Shown here one piece after another: positions 1 to 13,000 of a DNA stretch of 64,000 nt. The stretch comes from Azolla caroliniana (lineage: Eukaryota > Plantae > Polypodiophyta). Under the pieces are notes generated by a model. That model was not told the origin of the DNA. It worked only from the letters and a program-made list of their open reading frames with translations, and did no database searches. Each line of letters starts with the position of its first letter. The stretch's first letter is position 1. A program made the translations under genes and the position numbers. The DNA is taken from the NCBI GenBank assembly GCA_043228905.1, contig JBHGNT010000020.1, positions 10,788,001 through 10,852,000 on the forward strand, given 5' to 3'.

Positions 1-125
1 AATTCGTAGCCACTTAAGATAGATTCAATAACTAAAATAGCATTTGCAAAGAAGTTATGAAACGTGAGTACATTGATTGATTTCAATATAGGAAAACAGA
101 AGTGAAAGCTTGACCAAATTAAATT

Positions 126-768
126 ACAGTACAGTGTTAAATTTCAACACTTGACCAATGGCATTAGAAAAAGGGTTTCCTTCTTTGTTTATACTTAGAA
201 GCCTCATTACTTCCATTGACTGCGTGACGACGTTATCATCGGGCAGCAAGCAGTTATATAATTGATATATCAACTAAATTTATGGAATTAAATGCAGCAA
301 ATGCCAAAAGCATAAAACAAAAACTTTCGCTACTACAGCACAGAGAGTCTTAAATTTCAACACTTGACTAAGGAAATTAATTAGAAAAGGGTTTCCTTCT
401 TTGTTTATACTTCGAAGCCTCATTATTTCCATTGACCATTTGAAGAGGTTATCATTGCACAGCAAGCAGTTATAGTGATTGATATATCAAATAATTTTAT
501 GGAATTAAATGCAGCAAATGAGGAAATCATAAAACAAAAACTTTTGCTACTACAATACAGAGTGTTAAATTTCAACACTAGACTAAGGAAACTAATTAGA
601 AAAGAGTTTCCTTTGTTTATACTTAGAAGCCTCATTATTTCCATTGACCGCTTCAAGAGGTTATCATCGGGCAGCAAGCAGTTATATTGGTTGAAATATT
701 AACTAATTTCATAGAATTAAATGCAGCAAATGCTGAAGGCATAAAACAAAAACTTTTGCTACTACCAT
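126..768. repeat. Tandem repeat, about 215-bp unit x3, downstream of ATXR5/6
   Basis: TTAAATTTCAACACT(T/A)GAC recurs at about 135, 350 and 564, followed each time by near-identical sequence (AGAAAAGGGTTTCC...GCAGCAAGCAGTTATA...GGAATTAAATGCAGCAAATG). Confidence 0.85.
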
Positions 769-1066
769 GCTCGTATGTTAATGTATGGCAATACTCTCTA
801 CATATGCATAGCTTTTCTGTATGTATATGTGTTTTAGAGAAATATATATATTAAAACATAACAGAAAATGAGACTAAAATTTCACTACCTCAAGAGAAGA
901 GAATCATTCTTACACCAATGGTTATAAAATTGCATCATGTCCCATTGCCCATGCTCTAAAACATCAATTTATTTGATAATTTCCTCCATTGCGATAAAAA
1001 AGGAAAGTGCCACAGAGGAAAACCACTCTCTCATTTTCACGCTTTTGATTAAAGAGCACCCACTCA

Positions 1067-4000
1067 CTACACAAAATGTTGTGTTGGATATTCTTTGTGA
1101 TAAGCATTGTAGTCGTAATATAAACGCTCACCTTTTGCTATATCTCTGATGGAAACTAAGAGGACCCTTGCTTGTCCATTGATGTCATACCTCACACATC
1201 TTAGATTTTGCTTCCTCTTGCCTTCTCTGCAAAGGAATAATAGAGGAAATTTAATTTTAATTGAAAAGTTTTTCATTTTCATATCCAAATTGTTCACATA
1301 AAATAATGAGAGAATGAAAGTATATCTTCTCTAAAATACCATAATTTCCTATGAAAACTAGAAAGGCTTGAAATGTAATCATGAATAAACCACAATCAGG
1401 TTTGGTGCTGAATCAGCAATTCAAACACAGGAAAAGTGATGATTGCGTGTGTGCATTATGAAGGATCAATGAGTGGGTAAGGAAGCAATCAAGAAATGGA
1501 GGAGAACAAAGTTTTAGTTAGGGTTAGTTAGATATTCATATAGAAAGAGCAATCATACAAAAGGATGAGAGAAGCAAACTATTCATACCTTGGTCACATC
1601 CCACAAAGTAAACTACCAAGAAAGCAATGGAGAAGTAAGCTTCGGTTACATTTGGTTATTGATAGAATGATGAAGCACTAGAGAAGTATAAGAAATTTGC
1701 TTATCAAGGACGCAATGGAGGAGAAGAAAGATCTAGTCAGGGTTTGGTAATGACAAAAGCATACATAACAAGAATATGAGAGTTTGGCTTATAAAAACAT
1801 ATGTTTTATCTCAGTAAACAGGCTATCAAAAACAAAATTGTATCTAATGTGATATGGACATGATAGAAACCTTTAAAAAACAGTAATTGAGTACTTTATA
1901 AAGAACTGAATGGGTTTGATAGAGGTTTACAAGCTATGATTGTTGATGCCCGAAATGAACCGTGCAATATTCCCTCGTTTATCTGGACATATCACCAACT
2001 CTTTTGAAGAGTCGTGTGGAAAAAGAAGACCCATGAGGTTATCACTATCATCGTTCAACCGATTAAACATGTAATCTACATCACCAGTATACTCAGCAAT
2101 AAGCGTCATATCTTTGATATGATTGTCAGCCTCAACTACAAACCTGCAAAGTCAAGTTAGTTTAACGCAATGATGTTTCAAAACATCCTAGAATTCATCT
2201 TATATTCCTTATAACACACCCTTCTCGAGGGTCATAGTTCACCATTAGAGGAGGACATTCTCCTCTTGCTACCATTTTCTTGCATAGCTTCAAAGTTTCT
2301 AAATCTTCTTTTCCAATGACCTGCAATCATGAACAGGAACCAAAATGAGTACATGAATGTAGCATCATGATTCACAGAAACTATCATACTTGCTCCATCC
2401 ATAAGGACTTAATTGGGTCAATTTGTTAAGCAAGCCCTTGGTATATAAGTAAACAATCAGTCCTATTGTACAGTCCACATATTTTGACCCTGAGATTTAA
2501 AACACATAAATCGAGCAAACTTTATTTTAAAGCATTCATACCAAAACCACTGCCAGAAAAAAGAATAAACGTTTGTTTCTAAAACATTTTGAATAATAAA
2601 ATCACGATATACAGCTCAAAAAACTAGATCTATCACTGACGCAAAATCCAACAAAGAACATCATCAGTATTGAGTATTAAATTTACTAAAAAGACAACTG
2701 TAGAGCACTACATCATTAAATGAATCTAAGAAGAGCCACTACTCATGAGTCATCAATGAATGCTCCTAATCATTTGGCTCATCCTAACCTCAAAAATTTT
2801 AGATGAAAACAACAGTATATTTGGCTCATCCTTGAGAGAGTATAAAATGTCACAAAAATCCTCAACCTCCCCCCAATTCTTATCCAAAAAAATTTAATCA
2901 CCAAAACCATGCAAATGGGCTAATCCCTAGCATTAATATTAGCTCCCTGCCATAGTAATGTGCGTGCACATAACATACTATCTTTTAGCTAGTAACTTAC
3001 TCCTAATTTACTCCTACACTGCAGTTTTCATGACTAACAATACTGTTATGCTAAAATATCTTCTTCACCACCATCTCTATCAACTAGTAAATAAATAAGG
3101 AACAAACCCTTTAACTCTATTGTATGAGCGGCATGTAAACTATACAGAGAGGAATAAATGATAACTGTCTCATAGAGGGCGATGGGAGCAGTTTAAGGTT
3201 TAGAAAACTTGGAAGTATCACAATTATCAGTGTGTTTCAGCTTATGAAATTCTTATAGGATAAATGCTTCATCTTCCGGTAATACATACTAAAATTTCCA
3301 AAAACTGGACAAGATAAGGTACAACAAAATCATCAAACCAACTTTCTAATGAGACAAGCTTGAATTTATTAGCAAAAAAGGAAACTCTTTAGGAATAGTA
3401 TTAACCTCACACAAGTAAAAAATTCATTCGTGAAAACCAAAATAAATTTACCGAAATATCCCTTATTTTCCCAAAAATCCTTAAGAGAACCCCTCATTTT
3501 TCCTTCGGTAAACACTCATCTCTCTACAATTTCCCTCTCTTCACTCTCTTCAAATTCTCTCTTTATAGATCTACTTGTGTTCAAACATACATGCCAAATG
3601 CTTCTACATAGATAGGCCTTGTTATCATTTGCAGAGGCCAAATATGATCCTTGGAACCAAAAAGTGCAGGTAAAAAGTTCACCAAAGGCCAAAAAGTCAG
3701 AGGGGGCAGGGGGGAGAGATAGATAGATAGATAGATATCTTTTTAATGATATCGATCTATGAGATAGGTCCTAGCCCTTGGTGAGGATCGAACTTGGCTT
3801 CTCTAAATTTTATGACTTTGATGCTATGGTGTAAACCACCAAGCCAACAGCTAGAGAGAGGAAAGAGAGAGATTCATAAAATGTCCAATTGCTTGTCAAA
3901 TTTGAAGTTACATTTCTCAATTTTGGCAAGTTTTGTCACGGTGTTGTTTGACACCAAGATAGCGGGTGTTTGCACAATTGTCACAAGTCGACCAAAAATC

Positions 4001-7000
4001 AGAGATGGAGATACTTCCTATTTCTGAGATATTGGATATTACGTGTTAATTGGGATATGCACAATGCTTTTTAGTTGATGGTAGGCATGGAGTTGAAGCA
4101 TATCTATGAAAGTTGAAGGGAGTAACTAATGTAGAAGAAATTATCTCCTCGGTAGAGTTTCGTCTTGCCTATTCGCAATTCAAAATGTTTTACTACCCAT
4201 GTAGTTAGTGGGTGAACATACTCAATTGTGATATCCATTGTAAGTAGTGTTTTTCACACACATTTATGAATATAATTGTGTGTTTTCACCAAAAGGGAGA
4301 AAGAAAGAAAGATATATTAACGTCTTTTAAGAGGCCAAAATGGCCTATAAGACCGAATAAGAGATTACATCTTAAATGTTTTCTCGTCTTTGAGAACAAA
4401 TCAAAATAAAGTAAATATTACACAGTAAATATAAAAGTAAATAGGATGAAAAGAAAAGAGACGAGAGAATCTGGTTTTTGGCACATGCGAGATTCTCAAG
4501 TTAGGTGTATTGTAGCTTTTGTCTTCGAAAGATCTCTATCATAGGTCGATCCAGAATGGAAATGTCTCCGAAGCGAGGGAAGCACCTACGATGGCAGGAG
4601 ATAATGGCTTTTATCTGTCGATGACAAGGGTGTCGAGGTCGTGCTCCATGGGGCCGAGGCCTACGTGCACGGCAAATTTCCATTGCCCGATCAATCGTAA
4701 CCCCTTTGTTATATCCTGGTCTGGATCCCATTTCTGTATCCTAGGGTTGACTTCTAGCATTAGGAGTGATGGAGCTAAAGAAAGTTGTGATTGTTCTTTG
4801 TGGATGAGCTTGTGTGGCTGTATTCTTCAACAACTTTTCCAGATGTCTCTTGAGCTCGAGCAAGAAAAGTCCTAGGCATCTTTGGTCCTCATATTCCATT
4901 ACCTTGCGTAGTGGGCCAAAGCCTTGTTTAAAGATGCAATGGTATCTCCCTCTGATTTCATAAAAGACACTACAATGACAAATATAGTGTTCTTTAGATT
5001 CCACTCCTTGATGACACAATTGGCAAATTCTCTTTTCTAGAGGTAGTCGTGTATATCTGCCCACCTCAATCTGTAGCTGATGTGATGAAGTTCGCAGCTG
5101 CCCTATCACACTACGCAGCGCATAGGATAGATGTATGTCCATATAAGGTGGCCTGATGACAAATCCATCCTCCGATGTACGTAAGTGTGTCTTATAGTGG
5201 GCCATCTTTGTCCCAAGTGGTATTTTGGGGCTGATCCATGTTATCTTGTTTTCTAAGTTAATAATATCAGTTCGGATCACTCTATTCTTTTCCACTTTGG
5301 TCATATTGAGATGGGGACAGTCCAAGCTATATTGGAACGGGGGTAGTGCATTTATACTCATGCCATGTGACTCGAACCATTGCTGCATTTTAGCATACCA
5401 ACAATGAGTGTCTCCATTTTCAGCCAATTGTCTTGATGACATAAGTGCCAACCTTGGGTACCTTCGTTTAGGGAGCTCCCAAAGACGTTGGATAAATGTC
5501 ACTGATCGGAACAATGCCTCGGTTATTATAGGTGCTGCTCCCATCTCTGCCCGGATTATATCGTGGGGCACCGATGCTTTGCTCCTTATCATGCGAGCAA
5601 TCATTGACACTAAAGGTCTCTCTAAATCTTTCCAATGATTTGCCTTGTTAAGACTCGGTCCCCATGTCTCTACTCCATAGAGAAGAGTTGGTGTGACAAG
5701 TGTATCAAATAACCACAGCTTAGTCCGTGGCTCTTGGAACTGCAAATGTGCACATTGTCTTTCGAGAGCACCCAGGGCTGCATATCCACGAGAAAGTTGG
5801 GCACAAGTGAGAGATTCTATTATTGTCTCTGGAGGTCAAATATGACCTATGAGACCAAAAATATTATATTTCACGTGATACATGTGAGAGTGAGAGAGAA
5901 ATTTAGCGCCCAAGAGAGGCCAATATTGATCCATTAGGACGTAAGTACAAAAGTTAACTTGATGTGTGTATCCTTCCTAAGAAGGGATATTCATACTTAG
6001 ACACACCAAGTCTCGATGTGTGAATTAGGTATGGAGGTATGACCTCAACCTTCTAGGTGTTCTTTTCAATGTGATACTCAAGTCATCACCCCCTCTTAAT
6101 ATATCATCATAGCTTTCACGAATTGCACTATATGCAGAGCATGTAAAAAGCAAGTGATATTCATCGTCTACAAGCCCTTCCTTGCATACCTTACATGCCT
6201 TTATATTTGGTTGATTTTGATTCCATAATATAACTTCAATACCTAGGTTGTGTGATCAAGTGCAAAGGGGTGTTAGGGCTCTATGAGAGTTATTACTCAT
6301 GCTAGTAATGCGGTAAGGTTGAATATGATCAATAGGCCTTCTTGCCTTATATAGAACCACACATTCAGAATTGATGTTTGCAATGTAATATTCTAACTGT
6401 CCCTTTAGCATCTTTCCACTTCTTCCTTAGTGGGTCCATTAATCTTTCCTCAATATCTACATATTTTATAGCATCACTTGATCTTCCACGTCCCATCTTT
6501 TGAACCATTTTTTGATGTCAACTACCTAATCAGATGAGAGAATTTTGCTCTTGTGATTCTTTTGTAGTTTACATCCAACATTCCAAGCAAGATGTGGTAA
6601 TCTATGATTTGCATATTCTTGACCTTTGTAATGTATCTATATACTCTATGTAGCGCCAATATCTCTATAGGTCGAACACCTGTTTCCAAGAGCATAACTT
6701 AATAGGAGGTAGTGGGTTTAACTCCCAATTGTCTCCTTAAAAACAACTTTTGAATCTTCTCAATCTCATTCCATGCATTAAGAGAGATAGTGTCTCCCCA
6801 CACTTCTAGTCCATAAAGCAAAACTTCTGTTACTATGGCATTAAATAACACTAGTTTCACTTCCCATCCATGAGTATCACTTTGGTTGCATTTATTTTCC
6901 AACATATAATAACTTTTCCAACCAGCTTGACATCTAGACTCAAAGCATACGCTTCATTTCTTTGTGGAAGGTACATTGATACCAAGATACTTAAAGCTTT

Positions 7001-10000
7001 GTACAAATTGTACATGTTCTCCCTTATATATAAGCATAGGGTATTGGTGAGGCTAGATGGTTCGCACTACCATCACTTTTGTTTTATCCACATTTACAGT
7101 TAGTCCATTACTTTGGCAAAATGCTTCTAATGCCCCAAGTAAATGTTGCATACCATTAACATCATATGAAAAGATAACCACATCATCTGCACATAAAAGC
7201 AATAAAAGATAACTTGTTGCATAAGGTTTGGGGCATCTAATCCTTCTTCCCTTGCAACCCTATTAACCACTTCTTCCAATTTATGAATGCATAAACCAAA
7301 GAGTGTAGGAGATAATGGACATCCTTGCTTAACCCCCATGTTACTTAAAAAGTGTTCTGAGAAATCATTCTCAATTTTTAGTTGGCATCTGACTTGCTCA
7401 TATAATCGTGCAATAGCAACTCGATACTCTAATGGCATGCCAATTTCTACCATTCTATTCCAACGCTCACTTTGCGGTACTATATCAAGATATTAGGTCT
7501 TAAAAATGTGATCTCATATTGGAGATGGAAAAACAAAATAAATATAACTAGATTAATAAAGAGAGAAGTTGTGGAGAAAGGAAAATAAGGGATACTTACG
7601 GTCAATTTGCTAAAAACAGATGTGAAAAAATAAAATTGAACAGGACGAAAACAAACAAAGCAAACCTGCATGCCTCCTCTTTCATTAGCAGCTCGATTTG
7701 CTGACTTTGGGGCAAGTCGAGGCAAATATGTAAGCTCATTGCTATACTCAACATTTGTACTAGTCAACGCAGTTGCAAGTGACGCCATTTGTAGCCATCG
7801 GCGTTCTAGGTCTTTTGATGGTATATGAGGAAGTATCTTCCTGCTTTTCTTCTGAATGCACAAGCCATGTCTTCTTCGCCTCCTTACAAACTTGGCATCT
7901 TCCGAATATTCACAATTTCACAAAGAAAATCTCAATGAAGTATGTATACACAGCAATATATAGCAAATGTTACAAAACAGAGATATACATACAACATTCT
8001 ATCTAATAGTAGGCTTTATGTGGCATCATTCATCTTCCAGATTAAGGTCAGAAAACCTCATTAAGTCAAATTGGAAAAAAACCAAAGATGGTTGCTAGAT
8101 TCCCCTTTATAACTAACTGCAAGCTGCAAGCAGGTCAACAAACTTTATCCAAATCTAAGCACATCCCTAATAACTGCAAACCCAATATTTTCTTACCAAC
8201 ATTAACACAACATAAAACTAAAATTAAGGTTTGGATTGGTTTTAAATCACCTTGATGAATCGGAAGAGGCTTTTGGATACGAAAAAAGTCTATTATCTTT
8301 GTCTGAATAAGTGGAAAATCTGAAATCGGCAACAAAATGCAGCAAAATGGTCATAATTTATACATAACTTCGAATTTGAGTTTCTTTAGCAAGAATGTTA
8401 AGCTGTTCTATGAGATAAATAAGACTTTTAATATAATTTTCTACAATTAGCAACTCCACTTGTAATAGATGAATACTCAATCTTAGATATTTATAGTCAA
8501 GCCCAGCTAAATTCATGAATTTGCAAGTTACCTTCAAACCTATTTACAAATTTTGATAAAATTTTGATATAGAGTAACCGTAAGAAGATCATCGAGTTAT
8601 GTTGTTAGCATGGTAGGCAATTGCCAAATCAGCAGCGAACGGTAAATCTTGATCATCATCTTTATATTTATTTGTCTTTCTTTATATTTATGCATGCTTG
8701 GGCAATTGGTTTGATTCCTAGGCCATCTATATATGTGCCCACATGTCATAGTTCATCTCTCTCTCTCTCTCAATTATGTGGTGCGTTTCGCAAATACTTT
8801 AGGACATGTACAAAAGCTTATGAAGGTGTTAGAAAAATTTTACATGCATACTAAATTAAGTGTCAATAGCTCTAAAACAGAGATTATACTTGTGAAGAGC
8901 CAAAAAAAAGATAAGCCATGCATTATGTACAATAATGAGCCACTTGAATGTGTGGAAAGCTTCAAATATCTTGGCCTTGAAGTTCCTTCAAATCACAGAT
9001 GGAATGAATGTGCTACACGCCACTTAGAGGTGGGAAAATGAGCATATTATGCATTTGAGAACACATGCAAGCATGGATATATTAAGTGTTGGGTCCTCAA
9101 GAAATACCTTTACAACACTTTGGTGACAACGGTGCTTCTCTATATGGTGGAAGTATGGGGTGATAGCACCCCTAAATCTACTTGGAAAGAGTATGTCCAA
9201 AAACCATTTTCTTATAAAGTTTCTACAAGTTAAGAAACAAACGCCTTACATCCTCCTCCTTGAGACGGGATCGCTTCCCATTGAGATCATGACCATGGAA
9301 AGGGTTGTTGAATATACACTTAAGTTTTAAAAATGTCCCTCACATCGACTTCCAAGAATTACATGGGAAGCAAGCAAAAAGATCTAACAAACGCATAAAA
9401 GAAAATTTCGTGTTCCTGTTGGATGCAAGATATGAAATAGTGGTTTGGTAGATGGGATGCAACACATTTGTTTCATGATGCATCACTAGATTTCTCTGTA
9501 AATGAGGCCTTTTAGCAACGCCAATGTATCATGACATGGGCAAAATGTGGAGGCTCACGCTTCACACATTATAATACAAATGTTGCATCTAACTACAAAA
9601 CCATATTCTTCGCAAAACAAGGAAACCGTACACATCGATACATGTTAGGGCACATCCCGTTGTCTGCCATTCTAACCATTGCTTCTATGCGACTTAGCTC
9701 ACATGCATTGCGATGCGAGACGAGGTGTTGGGGTGCAAGTGATGAGAGCGGTCGACTATGCACACTTTGCCCTAAACAAGTTTGAGAGTTTGAGTATCAT
9801 ACTTTGATACAATGCTATGCCTTTGATTATATTCGAGCATGCTTTCCACACATCTTCGACCGAGCCCAATCCTTGCATGAATTCCTCTCACAACCACAAT
9901 GTGCACTCTCGATTGCAACATTCATTGGTAAAGTTCTTGAACATCGAGGGCCGCTACTCACTTTCACACATATCACATGAAATGTAATATTTTTGGTCTC

Positions 10001-13000
10001 ATAGGTCATATTTGACCTCCGAAGACGATAATATAATATAATGTATCATGACATGGGACAAATGTGGAGGCTCACGCTTCACACATTATACTACACATGT
10101 TGCACCTAACTACAAAACCATATTCTTTGCGGAACGGGGAAATCGTACACATCCATACATGTTAGAGCCCATACCGTTATCTGCCATTCAAACTATTGCT
10201 TTCATGCGACTTAGCTCACATGCATTGCGATGTGAAACAGGGCATTGGGGTACAAGTGATGAGAGTGGTCGGCTATGCACACTTTGCCCTAAACAAGTTC
10301 GCGAGTCTGAGTATCACACTTTGATACAATGCTCTGCCTTTGATCATATTCGACCATGCTTTCCACATCTCTTCGATCGAGCCCAATCTTTGCATGAATT
10401 CCTCTCACAACCACAATGTGCACTCTCGATTGCAACATTCATTGGTAAAGTTCTTGAACATCGAGAGTCACTACTCACTTTCACACGTATCACGTGAAAT
10501 GTAATATTTTTGGTCTCATAGGTCATATTTGACCTCCGAAGACGATAATATAATCTATCTATCTATCTATCTGTGTTCCTCTATGCTTTCTGCCCAATAG
10601 AAATTTCTAGAGTCTATATTGTTCTTTCTGCCCTCAACATCTCCTATACCTGTTGTCCTAAGACACCATGGAGTCTGAAGGGACAGACACTGAAAAGATG
10701 GATCTTAACACGCATGACGAGGGTTCAGACCCATTGAAGACCACAAGAAGATATCATAGACGAAAAGGACGGGATTGAAGCACCCTGAATAGCATCAGAA
10801 GGGCACACAAGGCACCTAGAATGCAGGCCCCATCCAACATTCCATTTGATGTCGAAAATGGTAAACATGATTTTTTACGCCATTTGATTGCGCAAGAGAT
10901 CAATCTTATTAGAGAAGATATCGAAATAGCACTAAAAGAATAAATGAAAAAGGAGATAGAGAAACAAAAATCAGAATTGAATGCCTTTCTCAAGGTTGAG
11001 TAATGAGACCCTACGCATGACCATATGGAATTGCAACGGCTCTCTACGGACAGATGTCGAATATTTTGAAGATACATTGAAAAACACAGATATTGCTATG
11101 TATACAGAGACTCAGCAATGCATGGCTAGCAAACTCCCCGAGGTACAAGGATATAGATGGGAGTCAATATGTCGCCCCCAACCTCAGACACGAGGAAGCA
11201 CTAGAGGTTCGGGAGGAGTGGCTATGCTATACAAAGAGGAGCTCCATGGTAGAGTGCATGTTGTCCATAAGGATGTGGATGCACGCTACATGTGGATACG
11301 CATAAAAAGAGGGGATCTTAGGGAGATATATATTGCAATTTGCTACCTTCCACCTGCCTACTCAAGGTTTGCACCTCTAGGTGAATCACCATATCTACCA
11401 CTATATGATGATATCATAAGATTTGCTACTATGGGGGACATAATACTATTAGGAGATTTTAATGCACGAACCAAGGATGAACAAACAACTATATTTAACA
11501 CCAACGAGGCTGTTTATGGAGAAGTTATGGTGGAAGAGGTTGGTCTAAAGAGAAAAGCTCAAGATATGAGTGCTATAACTGAATATGGAAAACACTTTCT
11601 AGCCTTGGGAAGCGCGCATGGATTTGTGATATATAATGGCTTAACACAATGGCTTGGATCAGATGCTTTGACATGTTGGAAACCAAAAGGGGGTGCAAGC
11701 ACAGTCGATTATCTAATGGGACCTCCATCTCTTATACCTGAAATAAAAGTGTTCACTATATCGGGAAGACCTATTGGTGTGGCAGCTGATCATGCATATC
11801 TACGCTTTGAGGTAAAGGATGGATGCACAAAGGATGTATATGCTAAGGAGAGTGGGCTGGTTAAGTATCTATTCACTCGCGAGACAATTGATGTCTATAG
11901 TTGTGGTGTATACAATGGCATGCTAGATTTGGATCCTTTCGCACCCCTTGAAGAACTTACCCAAGGTTTATCCAAATCATTGCATAAAGCAGCCACAAAT
12001 GCCTTCCCTCACACAACGGCCAATCCCCCCAAACTCGGTAGAGTAATACAAAATAGTTGGTATGATGAGGAATGTCGTGATACAAGGAGATTCTTGCAGC
12101 GTGATGTAACTCGGGGCATTTATACACACAACCAAGCGAGAGCAACCTTCCAACGCCTCGTAAGGAAGAAGAGATTGTATTTGGCTAAATTTGAAGATCA
12201 TTTGTATCGCTTGTTTTTAGGACGAGAGAGTAAAAGAGCATGGAAAATGTTTAATGAGAGGCAACCCACCACACAACTGACCTCACCTCAGGTGTGGCAT
12301 GAATATGCAAAGGTCCTATATGATATCCCGGGGCAACCTCCTCTTCCCCACCCGAATGCCTCACGCCCACATGAATCAACCTTCTTTACACCACAAAATG
12401 TAAGAAATGCCATTGATCGGCTACAATTTGGGAAGGCCCAAGATCATGATGGATTGGTGGGTGAACACTTTATCTATGCCCGTGACACCTTGCTCCCATT
12501 GCTAGCACACATCTTTAATAGAGCCATGTGTGAAGGTTTTCCTACTAGATGGACTCAGCATACCATTGTGCCAATCCTCAAGAGTGGAGACCCCATGATG
12601 CCAAGCAACTATAGGACAATCATGATTGGCCATTACTTGGCTAAACTATATGGCTCGATTCTAGAATCAGAATTGAGTATATGGGCAGAGCAAAATGGCT
12701 GCCGTTCAATTAGACAAGAGGCTTTCGGAAGGGGTTCACAACTTTGGATCACATATTCACCCTCCGGGCCCTTATTGAGGAGGGCAGAGCCCACAATAAG
12801 AGGATTTATTGCTGCTTTGTGGATTTCCGAAAAGCCTTTGACACGGTGCCACATGCTCGGCTTATGCAACGGCTAGAAGCCCTTGGTGTTCCTATAGACA
12901 TGCATGCAATGGGGAATCTATGCACTTTATGAATCTGTGTCAGGATAAGTTCGGTCTCCTAAGGGCTTGTCAGAGGCGGTGGCTAGCACAATTGGCGTGA

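Noticed and set aside
10572-10670. HDV-like ribozyme at the LINE 5' end
   Set aside because: I could not identify the nested double pseudoknot by eye. It needs a descriptor search.
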